DNA from: Mustelus asterias
Taxonomy: Eukaryota
Reading direction: 5' to 3'
Assembly: GCF_964213995.1 (NCBI RefSeq)
Contig: NC_135830.1
Location: 13,082,001 to 13,146,000, forward strand
DNA: 64,000 nucleotides
Below are positions 11,300 to 22,748 of the stretch, in pieces. The position numbers and the translations under genes were made by a program. Within the stretch, counting starts at the first letter, position 1, and each line of letters starts with the position of its first letter. The notes beneath the pieces were generated by a model, which saw nothing but the letters and a program-made list of their open reading frames with translations, ran no database searches and had not been told where the DNA came from.

Positions 11300-14200
11300 C
11301 GGTCTGCAGACCCCATCCACAAGGGTAAGAAGGAGGGAAGAATTTACAGGTCAGCACTAGTAGGCGGCAGACAATGTGAGATGCTAGTGGACACAGGAGC
11401 ATCCATATCTGTCACCAACCTACCCTTACCACTACAAATAAAATGATTTACCTCACCGGGATAGGAGGGAACAAAACACCTGCCTACCTGAGCGTGACCA
11501 CGTCAGTACAGATAAATAATCTGTACATACCAATGAGGTTTCATTTGCGCAAAAACAACGAGGGTACAATAATGGGAAATGATCTGATCAAAGAACATGA
11601 GATTCTGATAGACTGTGGAAAGGGAGAATTAATCTGGCCAAGACAGGATGGTCTAAAAACTAGAATAGGGAAACTTACAAGTCACCTCGAAACTATTAAG
11701 GTGGCCACAGTCACCACCAGAAATTGGGAATTAGAAATAGGAGGGTTCGGAGTCATCTGTGCCTCCGTCCCCAGAGTATGGGGTAAAAGAAAGTTGGATA
11801 CCGGTTTGACTAAAACGGACCCAATAAAGGTACCGGGACCGGAGCATAAGCCACACCGACAATACCCAATCAAACCAGAGGCAGAGAAAACTATAGTGGA
11901 GATAGTTAAAGGGTTAGTGGAAATGGGGATTCTGAGAGAAACCACAAGCACCACTAACTCCCCAACATGGCCAGTGAGCAAGCCTGGTGGAAGCTATAGG
12001 CTCACGATAGATTACACGAGACTCAATAAAGTCAGGTCCAAATTGCACCCCACTGTAGCAAGCCCTTCGACAATCCTGAATGGACTGTCACAGGAGCATA
12101 AAATATTCATAGTATTGGACGTAGCCAACGGATTCTGGTCCTTACCATTGGATCCTGAATCCCAAGACAAATTCGCCTTTACATTGGGAGACTAGCAGTG
12201 CACTTGGACTCATTTACCACAGGGGTTCCACAACAGCTCCGCTATATTCCATCGAGCAATGAGTGACATCCTGAACAGAGAAGAACTGCCAGAGGGTAGT
12301 AGGGTCCTTCAATATGTGGACGATATCCTGGTAGCTTCGGAGTCCAAGTCAGGACATCAAGAAGCTTTATAAATACTACTGAATGAATTAAAAGCCGCAG
12401 GGCTAAAGGTGAGCCCCAAAAAGGCACAAATCGGGAAAACACAGGTCCTAAACCTCGGACGCCTTACAATACAACAAATGCCGCGACCCGTCACCGTAAG
12501 AGGGGTCAGAAAGGTGCTCGGGCTATTCAACTATAGCCAGAGTTTCATCCCAGGGTTCGCAAAATTAGCAGAACCCATACAAAAACTGGTCATAGGGGGA
12601 AAACCAGTTTTACGTCCTGTAGAATGGGGACCCAAGCAGGAAGAGCCTTACACTGAACTAAAAACAGAACTGATATCAGCCCCTGGACTAGGATTACCCG
12701 ATTCAAATAAAGACTTCCATAGCCATTGTGATATATATAAATGATTTGGAAGAAGGTGTAACTGGTGTAATCAGCAAGTTTGCGGATGACACGAAGATGG
12801 CTGGACTTGTGGATAGCGAAGAGCATTGTCGGGTAATACAGCAGGATATAGATCGGCTGGAAAATTGGGCGGAGAGGTGGCAGATGGAGTTTAATCCGGA
12901 TAAATGCGAAGTGATGCATTTTGGAAGAAATAATGTAGGGAGGAGTTATACAATAAATGGCAGAGTTATCAGGAGTATAGAAACACAGAGGGACCGAGGT
13001 GTGCAAGTCCACAAATCCTTGAATGTGGCAACACAGGTGAAGAAGGTGGTGAAGAAGGCATATGGTATGCTTGCCTTTGTAGGACGGGGTATGGAGTATA
13101 AAAGCTGGAGTCTGATGATGCAGCTGCATAGAACGCTAGTTAGGCCACATTTGGAGTACTGCATCCAGTTCTGGTCGCCGCACTACCAGAAGGACGTGGA
13201 GGCGTTAGAGAGAGTGCAGAGAAGGTTTACCAGGATGTTGCCTGGTATGGAGGGTCTTAGCTATGAGGAGAGATTGGGTAAACTGAGGTTGTTCTCCCTG
13301 GAAAGAGGGAGAATGAGGGGAGATCTAATAGAGGTGTACAAGATTATGAAGGGGATAGATAGGGTGAACGGTGAGAAGCTTTTTCCCAGATCAGAATTGA
13401 CGTTCACGAGGGGTCACGGGCTCAAGGTGAGAGGGGCGAAGTATAACTCAGATATTAGAGGGATGTTTTTTACACAGATGGTGGTGGGGGTCTGGAATGC
13501 GCTGCCAAGTAGGGTGGTGGAGGCAGGCACGCTGACATCGTTTAAGACTTACCTGGATAGTCACATAAGCAGCCTGGGAATGGAGGGATACAAACGATTG
13601 GTCTAGTTGGACCAAGGAGCGGCACAGGAGGGCCGAAGGGCCTGTTTCCTGTGCTGTACTGTTCTTTGTTCTTTGTTCATTGTAGTAATGAGGGAAGGTT
13701 CTATTCCGCCGTGGTCACACAGGACCATGGCGACAGAAAGAGACCCATAGGGTATTATTCCACAGCAGAAGGGCCGGTAGTCACCGGACTGCCAAGGTGC
13801 ATAGCCGCCTTGGATTGTTCAGCCTGGGCTGTAAAGGTTAGTGAGCCAGTAATAATGACAGGGAATATAATCCTTCACACCAAATGGTGGAAATGTTGAA
13901 CACGGGAAAACTAAGGTCAGTCTCAAACATGAGAAGGGCTAAGTGGGAAGCTGTCCTCCTACCTCCAAGTAAGTCCATAATAATAATCAGGGATACAGGG
14001 AATAACCCTGCAGAAGGGATTTTAGACGAAGGAGAGCCACACAATTGTGAAGATATAGATAGGGACGAAGAAGAGGGTAAGATAAAGCATATATCCTTAA
14101 TAACAGCTGAGGAGACCCTCTTTGTGGATTGGTCACCTAATGTGTGGAAGGATCACCCCGAACAGGGTGGGCAGCAGTGAATGACAAATTAGACACAGTA

Positions 14201-15770
14201 AGGTCAGGAAGGATTGACGGAGGTCTATCCACGCAAGTGGCAGAACTAGTGACACACACAGGCACGAGAGTTAGCTCAAGGTAAAACGGTGAACATCTAC
14301 AAAGTCATTCGCTATGCATTCGGAGTCATACATGACTACATGACAGCATGGGGAAGAAGAGGGTTCATAACCACAGGAGGGACCCCCTATTAGGCACCAG
14401 CAAAGAATTGAGGCATTATTGAGACCTAGCGAGAAACCTAGATAAAGCGCAGTGATCAAAATTAAAGCGCATCAGAAAGAACCAGGAAGAGATAACTCGG
14501 ATTGGTTAAATTTCAAAGGGAACCAAGCCGCAGACAGGGCGGCACAGTTAGCCTGATGACAGGAGACAATTGGCGAGCTGCCAATAGCAGCAACAGAACA
14601 GACAGGAGACGAAAAAGATATTCAGGACTTACATTAGGATACCCCAAAGAAGGGAAAGGAAAAATGGGAAGCACAGGGAGCAGTCAAAGGGACTGATAAC
14701 ATTTGGAGATGGGAAGATTCAGGTAATAGCACCAGAGTGCATACAAAACACCCTATTGGAACTACACCATGGACTCTCACATGTGGGTAGAGAGGCCATG
14801 ATAACTAGGAACGGAATGGTAGTGGAAAGGAATGGGAAGAGATATAGCCCGACACTGTCAGCGATGTGTGACGTGCGCGCAACACAACCCTGGTAGACCA
14901 ATAAAAATTAAAACGGGACACAAACCGAGACCAAAGGGACCCTGGGAACATCTGCAAATAGATTTCACAGGGCCACTACCATAATCCCATGGCAAAACTT
15001 ATTGTCAGGTTATTATAGACCAGTTCACCAGGTGGGTAGAAGCGTTCCCCACTACAAATTGTACTGCTACCACGGTGGCTAGGATATTGGCAGAAGAGCT
15101 AATCCCTCTGCGGGGTGTACCCCTACAAATCGATTCGGACCAAGGGACGCACGTCACTGGAAAGGTGGTAAAAACAGTATGCCAATTAATGGCGATAAAA
15201 CAAAAAATTCACATCCCTTACCACCCACAGAGTTCTGGAATGGTGGAACGTATGAATAGAACACTGAAAAATGCATTAGCTAAAGCCAGACAAACATCGG
15301 GAAAAATGTGGACAGAGGTATTGTCCACTATACTAATGAGATTAAGAGCTACCACAAACCGGACAACCGGATTAACCCCTTATGAACTAATGACAGGAAG
15401 GGCGATGCAATTACCCGAAAGCATCATAACAGGTGGGACTGATGTAGGTCCACTAAAAGATAAAGTCAGGAGGTATGTTTTGGAACTGAGTACCCAACTA
15501 AAAGAGATGCGCAAATTGGTAAAGAACAATCAGGAAATAAAAGACACAGAGCGAGAGCTTGAAATGCTCCCTGACGTCCTAACAGCGGGAAGTCGCGTCC
15601 CAGTAAAAACATTACCTGACAAACCAGAGTTTGCACCAAAATGAAATGGGCCACATGACGTTATAATTAGTGGAGACACCTGTGCCTGTATAGACATAAG
15701 AGGGAAAGGTGTCTGGAAACACTGGACACAGCTAAAATTAAACAAGGGTACAAATAAGTAATTAAATTGA
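11300..15770 (+). pseudogene. pol: ERV pro-pol (protease, RT, RNase H, integrase; disrupted and split by a CR1 insertion)
   Basis: DTGA at 11390. ORF 11443-12195 contains QYPIK, NSPTWPVSKPGGSYRLTIDY and LDVANGFWSLPL. YVDD at ~12313. ORFs 12409-12744, 13651-13899 and 13884-14180 cover connection/RNase H, and 15075-15644 covers the integrase core. Confidence 0.92.
12730..13677 (+). mobile_element. Young 5'-truncated CR1 LINE inserted in ERV pol
   Basis: Open 292-aa RT C-terminus (IYINDL..KFADDTK..MEFNPDKCEVMHFG), 3' tail (GTTCTTT)n, flanked by the CATTGT duplication at 12724-12729 and 13678-13683. Confidence 0.95.
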
Positions 15771-15868
15771 TGAACGAACAGAACTACTTTCCTCAACTCA
15801 GGCAAAGACTGCAAGCCAGAACGGCTGGCGCACGCGGGTTAATAGATAAAATAACTTGTAAAGATTAT

Positions 15869-17396
15869 ATGAATTATAGTGTTAGGTTTGATATTTGATC
15901 ATTGCGAATATGTATGCAATCGCATATGTAAAAGTACTACTTTGCGTTGTCGCGACTGTAAATTTGACTGACTTGGAGGATAACTTGTTTTACAAAGCTC
16001 ACATACATTTACACGGGAATCGAACTGTATTTACCCGTTAGCACAATCGGTAGAAGCCCTATTTGTAGCCACCCTTGGGTGGACCCCTCATGACTTATAT
16101 ACTGTAGATAGATCAAATACACCCTGGAAGGGACAAATTGGCAAATATAAAAGAGGTATACAGGGGAGATGTGTGGGACTTGTGAACCCCACAGATCCTG
16201 TGCGCAGGGGTTTCCAACAGGTGGGGGGAAAGGCTCGGTCAGATACTGCAAACTATCTGCTTTGTTTTTCGGGGCAGGGAAGAGGATGTCCCTATGCCTT
16301 GGTCCCTAAGAATGATTCCTGCGTACAGACGCAGTGTGTCCTTCAACATTGTCGGGTTAATAAGGGACAGTTTACTTGCACTTGGGATGAACAGAAATGT
16401 CTGAATATAACCGCGGGAAGACAGCTTATTTGTGGACAATGCAATGGAACTCACGTAAGTTCAGCCAAATGGACATACCCATTTGATACTTACCAGGTGG
16501 TGGGATCAAACGGGGAGTCAAGTAAACCGAACAATTGGCAATATGAACAAACTCATAATCATGACACTAAATGTTACCGGGCTAAGAAGCGAGATGTGTT
16601 CCTCTTCAATGGTAGCTACGTGACAGAAACGCCAAACCTGCCAAAACCTTTTTCAGAAGGAACAATAGGACCACTGACAGTTCCATGCCCTCAGAAGGGA
16701 CATATTCGGGGGAGAATAGTAACTCGGGCTATCAGCAAAGAATTCAGCGCTGATTGGGAAGCCACGGGCACGATGGAATCCTCAATGGGATGTGGGTTCC
16801 TTGGAGCCTTATCTCTGGAGGGGGGCAGCAGGAGTGATTAGTGCAAAGAATCGGAATCATATTGTTTGTGGACTAACTGTCCTGGGAAACAGCACTTCAA
16901 AAGCACTGGAGGCTGTTAACCAAGAAATGGCTGAACTGAGATTGTATGCACAACAGACACGATACGCAGTGAACTATCAGTTAGCACAACAAGGGGGAGT
17001 GTGTACAATTATAGGCAATAAACGCATAACCCATGTCTCAGACGAGTCCTATAACATTACACAGGTCATCAATAGCATCAGAGAACAACTTGATAGCTTC
17101 AGACAGGGACCCAAGAAAGGAAGTAACTGGCTGGAATGGCTAGTGGCGGGGCGGGGGGGGGGGGGGGTGGAGGTTCCTGGGAATCTTACATATTACATGG
17201 ATTGGTCATGCTCATTTCAATTCTAATTGTCTGTTGTCTAATTGTTGGATGCCTGAAAGTCTGTTGCAAGGTGATGTTGACGAGAGTTGCGCCAGGAGCC
17301 AGTGGATACATCGAAGAAGAAACCACGATGAAGATCCCCGAAGACATCAGACGAAACGGAGAAGGAAAGCAGAAAAACAAAGAATTATACATGTAA
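15869..17396 (+). pseudogene. env: ERV env (SU + TM; disrupted)
   Basis: Cys-rich SU ORF 16173-16841 with basic cleavage region RGRIVTR/AIS at ~16727. TM in ORF 16792-17226 (heptad, ISD-like QTRYAVNYQLAQQGGVC) and ORF 17136-17396 (membrane anchor ILHGLVMLISILIVCCLIVGCL). Candidate splice acceptor at 15801. The start is approximate. Confidence 0.88.
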
Positions 17397-17448
17397 AATT
17401 ATTGGTCTAGGGATTAGTGAAACTCATAATCCGACCAAACGTGGGGAC

Positions 17449-18060
17449 TCAAGTGGGAAAAATATACAGATGGGGACACATAAAATGGTTGCCTGGCACA
17501 TAAACAGTCACCTGGGAAAGAGACATTAAACAGGCACTGACCTTCAGTACAGACAGCCACCTGAGATTAAAATATAAAGGACAGACAGCTATTCAAAGTT
17601 AAACATACAGGAATCAAATCCTCCAGGAAGCCAGCGATGGCTTGAGGCGCTCTTTCGGATAAGGACAATAGGGATAGATAACGAGATTAGCTGCAGGTGA
17701 GATCGGGAAAACCAATTACTGTAAATTACTATATGAATAGACCGAATCTAAAACCATTGATGGTCACTTACGAAGGAAATGTATCCATTCATAGAACAAT
17801 GCGATGTTAACATACTTATGTCTGTATCTGTTTGTATTTTTCTATAACGATGTGTTAACAATCGATCACCGACTTGATTACAATGATGTGATAATGGCTA
17901 GATGTCCAGTCCATCCATTGTGTAAAGATGGAACGCTCCTATTATCTCATGGAGAGAAGGTTTGCTGCTTGTTAGTGCCTTTTCTCCACGAAACTTCGTT
18001 AAAATAAAACTGCATTCTTGAAACCTTCAAGCCTGACTCAGTGGTAAATTTCCCACAACA
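17449..18060 (+). repeat. 3' LTR (612 bp)
   Basis: Follows the purine-rich tract CAAACGTGGGGAC. Begins TCAAGTGGGAAA and ends TTTCCCACAACA. Roughly 90% identical to the 5' LTR by eye. Confidence 0.93.
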
Positions 18061-18451
18061 CCAGTATTGCTCTCTCTATCTCGCTTTCTCCCCATTTCCG
18101 TTCACCTCTCTCCAGAATATCTCCCTCTTTCCAGCTTCTTTGTGTGGCTGCTTTGAAGCAAAGCACGATAGTGGGCGGCACGGTAGCACAGTGGTTAGCA
18201 CTGCTGCTTCATAGCTCTAGAGACCTGGGTTCGATTCCTGGCTTAGGTCACTGTCTGTGCGGAATTTCCACGTTCTCTCCGTGTCTGCGTAGGTTTCCTC
18301 CAGGTGCTCCGCTTTCCTCCCACATGGTGAACGACGTGCTGGTTAGGTGCATTGACCCGAACATGCGCCAGACTGTGTTGACTAGGGGAATTTCACAGTA
18401 ACTTCATTGCAGTGTTAAGGTAAGCCTTACTTGTGACGAATAAATAAACGT

Positions 18452-21400
18452 TTCCCCTCCAGGAAACTCAGGGTCGTTCTACGTAGTCATCCCGGTCGCT
18501 CGGACATCATCCGGCTAGCCCTTGGCCGCTGGCCGGACCTGGCGCGGCTCGTCCGGTCCGTGAGGGCATGCTCGCATGCCTCCGCGGGCCTGGAGAAAAT
18601 AGAGCAGCGCTGGGTACTGCGGTTCCTCCACAGGCTCGAAAAGGTGGCGGGCGGACTGGTGAGTATTGCGCCAGCGCTCCCCCAAACACCAAGATAAGTG
18701 GTGACGGTGGCACAAAGCTGCTGACATGAAGGTGACCATAGCCAGCCTCAACATCAACGGCAGCAGTGAGCCACACGGCAGGTTCCAGAACTTCTCGGTC
18801 CTCCATGACGGGAAGTATGCGGTGTGTTTCCTGCAGGAAACCCACACCGTTCCGGGAGACGAAGCCTAATGGCTCCTGGAGTGGCGAGGGGGGGGGTCTA
18901 CATGAGCCAACTCACGCTCGCTTCAAGCGGGGTGGCCATCTTGTGGGCCCCGCATTATAAGCCGGAGATCTTAGGGGTCAAGGAGCCGGTGCCAGGCCGG
19001 TTGCTGCACTTGACGGTCCGTGAGGGGGGCGTGGTCATTCACTTGCTGAATGTCTACGCCCCGACCGCCGGACCGCAGCAAACGACTTTCTACGAGAAAG
19101 TGTCCGCTCACATCGACACCATCGCGGGGGGCGAATGCATTATCCTCGGGGGAGATTTCAACTGCATTCTTAAGACACGGGACCGCACCGGCCCCTGGCT
19201 GAGCACTCCGGCGGTGGTGAAGTTGCGGGACCTGATCGGGTCCCACGACTTGGTGGACGTCTGGAGACATCTCCATCCTGGCTCCAGCGCCTTCACTTTC
19301 GTGAGGCCTGGAGTCGGAGCGTCCAGGCTCGACTGCCTTTACATTTCGAAGGCGCACGTGTCCGGCGTGTCCTCGGTCTCCATGCGGCCGGTGTCGAGCA
19401 CGGACCACAGCCTGGTGTGGGCGGACTTTGCGCCGTCTCGCATCCGGCGGGGGTCCGCGTACTGGCACTTTAACAACACGCTGCTGGAGGACGAGCGCTT
19501 CCTGGACTCGTTCCGTCGATTCTGGGCCGGCTGGAGAAGGAAGCGGGGAGGCTTCCCCTCCTTGAGGCTCTGGTGGGATGTGGGCAAGACTCACGTCCGT
19601 ACCTTCTGTCAGGGGTACGCGAGGGGGTCGACAAAGAGGCGGAAATCCAGGCTCGAGGAGTTGGAGAAGGAAGTGCTCGACCTGGAGGCACGTCTCAGTT
19701 GGCCTGACGCGGACCCGGCCCTGCGTTCGGAGTACAGGGAGAAGAAGGACGCGCTGCGGGACCTGCAGCTTGCCAGGTCTCGCGGCGCGTACGTGAGGTC
19801 GCGGCTCCAGTTCCGGGTGGACCTGGACCGCGGCTCCCCCTTCTTCTACTCGCTGGAAAGAGGGCGGGCTAACCGTCAGCAGTTCCTTACGCTGCTGGCC
19901 GACGATGGTTCCCCCGTCTCGGATCCGGAGGGCATCCGGGCCATTGCCCGGGAGTACTACACCTCGCTCTTCTCTCCGGATCCGTCCAGCGAGGATGCCC
20001 GCAGACTTCTGTGGGAGGACCTGCCGCAGGTCAGCCCGGAGGGCGTCGGCAGGCTCGAGGCCCCTACCACCATGGCCGAGCTGACCGGCGCCCTAAATGG
20101 GCTCAGCCGGGGCAAGGCCCCTGGGCTGGACGGGCTGACAGTAGAGTTCTTCAGGGCGTTCTGGGACGTCCTGGGGAGCGACTACGCGGGGGTCCTGGGG
20201 GAGAGCGTCGCTACCGGGGTGATGCCCCTTTCGTGGCGCAGGGCCGTCATTGCCCTGCTGCCCAAGAAGGGGGATCTCCACCTGCTCAAGAACTGGCGTC
20301 CGGTCTCCCTCCCCAGCACGGATTATAAAATCTTTGCCAGGGCTATGGCTTCACGCCTTGGATCCGTGCTGGACCACTTGATCCACCCTGACCAGTCCTA
20401 CACGGTCCCGGGCCGTTGTATACATGACAATCTCCACCTGGTCCGGGACCTAATCCATCACACCCAGAGGGCTGGTCTGTCGGGCGCCTTCTTGTCATTA
20501 GATCAGGAGAAGGCGTTCGACAGGGTGGAGCACGAGTATTTACTCGGGACTCTGCGGGCATTCGGGTTCGGGACACATTTTGTCGCCCGGATCCGATTAC
20601 TGTACTCTGCCGCAGAGTGTCCGATTAAGGTTAACGGGTCCCTGACGGCGCCCCTTCGCTTCGGGAGAGGAGTACGGCAGGGCTGCCCCTTGTCCGGCCA
20701 ACTGTATTCCGTATGCGTGGAGCCATTCCTGCGCCTCTTGCGGAGGAGGTTGTCAGGTTTGGTCCTGCGCGGACCGGACGTAGGGGTGGTCCTGTCAGCT
20801 TACGCCGACGACGTGCTCCTCATGTTCACGGACCCGGCTGACCTGCGGAGGATGCGAGAATGCCAGGCGGTGTACTCCGCCGCGTCCTCCGCCAGGATCA
20901 ACTGGGCCAAGTGCTCCGAACTCCTTGTCGGTCCTTGGGAGACGGACCCCCTTCCGGAGGAGCTCAGGCCTTTCACCTGGAGCAGGACCAACCTCCTCTA
21001 CTTGGGGGCCCATCTCTGCCCAGCCGAGGAATCCTGGCCGGCGAACTGGCGGGAGCTGGAGGCCAAAGTCTCCGCCCGCCTGGGTTGCTGGACAGGACTG
21101 CTCCGAGTGCTGTCCTACGGGGCGCGAGCTCGCGTCATAAACCAGCTGGTCGCCTCCATGCTGTGGTACCGGCTGGTCCCTTTGACCCCTCCCCCTGGCT
21201 TTGTCACCGATATCCAGAGAACCCTCGTGCGGTTCTTCTGGGGCAATCGACTGCACTGGGTCCCTGCTGCGGTCCTGTATCTCCCGCTTGAGGAGGGCGG
21301 ACAAGGTCTGGTGTGCCTCCGCACTCAGATAGCGACCTTCCGCCTCCAGGCCCTGCAGAGGTACCTTTACGTTGAGCCCCCTCCACAGTGGTGTGCCATG

Positions 21401-22748
21401 GCGACGTATTTCTTCCGCCAGTGGCACGGCCTCAATTATGACGTGCAGCTCCTGCATATCGAACTGGGGCGTGCTTCGACCGCCCTGCAGGAGTTGCCCG
21501 TCTTTTACCAGGACCTCCTCACTGTCTGGAACAAGGTCGCCTCGCGACGCAGCTCTCCCCCGTCAGGAGTAGCGGCTCTCGTGCGAGAGCCGCTGCTCAG
21601 GAATCCGCTCCTCCAGCCGTATAACTTCAGGTGGCTGGCGGAGAGGGGGGCTGTGGACGCCGGGGTGACCAGAATCGGGGACGTGCTCGATGGCGGAGGA
21701 GCGGGCTGGATGAGTCCCCGCGTGCTGGCTGAGCGTGCGGGGACGTCCGTCCGGCGCGCGGCCAAAGCCATCCTAGACCTTAGGACGGTCGTGCTCGGCC
21801 CCGAAACTGCACGCAAACTTGAGACGGCGCAGGCGTGCGGTGGGATCCCGCCCGAGCGTTCCCCTGTTCGGGCGGAATTCCACATTGGCCCAAAGCCTCA
21901 GCCCCCTCCCCTGGGTGAGGTGCCCCACAGCTTGAGCCGCCTCGCGGAAATGCCCTCCGTGCCTTTTTCTACCGCGCGGAGGCGTTTCCTGTGCGGGCTG
22001 CTGCTGCACACCCTCCACTACCGCCTCCTCGCCTGTCGCCCGGATACACCTTGGCGGGCCTTGTTGCCGTCGGGCGGCGGAGGTCCCCGCTGGAGGTCCC
22101 TCTACGGAGGGATCTCCCCCAATTACGTCGGGGACCTGGGGTGGAGGGTGATGCATGCAGCAGTTCCGCACAACCGTAGGATTCACTGGTTCACGGGCTC
22201 CGAAGACTGCCCTTTCTGTGGCCTTGTGGAGTCCGTGGACCATGTCTATGTTGAGTGTCTTAGGCTGCACTCCCTTTATGTTTTCCTGAAGAACCTTTTA
22301 TTGATGTTTTGTTTACACTTCAGTCCCACGCTCCTGATCTACGGACACCCGGTGCGGAGAGGGGAGGGTCGGGATGGCGACCTCCTCGTGAACCTGCTCC
22401 TGGGCCTGGCGAAACGCGGCATTTACCGGTCCAGGCAGCGGGCGATCGAGGGGGCCGTCCATCCTGACTGTCTTCCCCTCTACCGCGGCTACGTTCGCGG
22501 CCAGGTGTCCCTGGAGAGGGAGCATGCGGTGTCCACGGGCGAGGTTGACGCTTTCCGCGCCCGCTGGGCACCGCAGGGGTTGGGGTGCATTATTGACCCT
22601 AATAATCACATTTTAATTTGATGTTTTTAAGTTTCCTTTGCATTTTGATTTCTGTTCGGGCTGTTCCCCCTCCTTTTTGGGGAGCTGCCCCTTTTACTTT
22701 GTCCTGATTTAATTTGAGTTTGTTTACTTGGTTTGACCTAAAAAGAGG
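18452..22748 (+). mobile_element. Tx1-clade non-LTR retrotransposon, 5'-truncated in ORF1, young
   Basis: GC/CpG-rich block sharply distinct from its flanks. Contains an APE-RT-CCHC ORF2 and a T-rich 3' UTR ending CTAAAAAGAG. Confidence 0.92.
18726..22621 (+). CDS. Tx1 ORF2: APE endonuclease, reverse transcriptase, C-terminal zinc knuckle (two lesions near the N-terminus)
   Basis: MKVTIASLNING..CFLQETH from ATG 18726. In-frame TAA at 18867 and a frameshift in the G9 run 18888-18896. Then open for more than 1240 codons with LNVYAP, GGDFN, TDH, KAPGLDG, DQEKAFD, GVRQGCPLS, YADD (20801) and CPFC-x7-H-x4-C. Confidence 0.9.

Larger units (their letters stand above)
8670..18060 (+). mobile_element. 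Endogenous retrovirus, full proviral structure LTR-gag-pro-pol-env-LTR, defective
   Basis: Paired LTRs, a PBS, a purine tract before the 3' LTR, and collinear gag (CCHC x2), protease (LVDTGASISV), RT (LPQGFHNS, YVDD), RNase H, integrase (WEHLQIDFTGPL, QIDSDQGTH, PYHPQSSGMVERMN) and env remnants, with many stops and frameshifts. Confidence 0.95.

Noticed and set aside
18824-18895. N-terminus MFPAGNPH… of the 1265-aa ORF
   Set aside because: It is an out-of-frame artefact. The endonuclease motifs begin at ATG 18726 in another frame and join at the G9 run.
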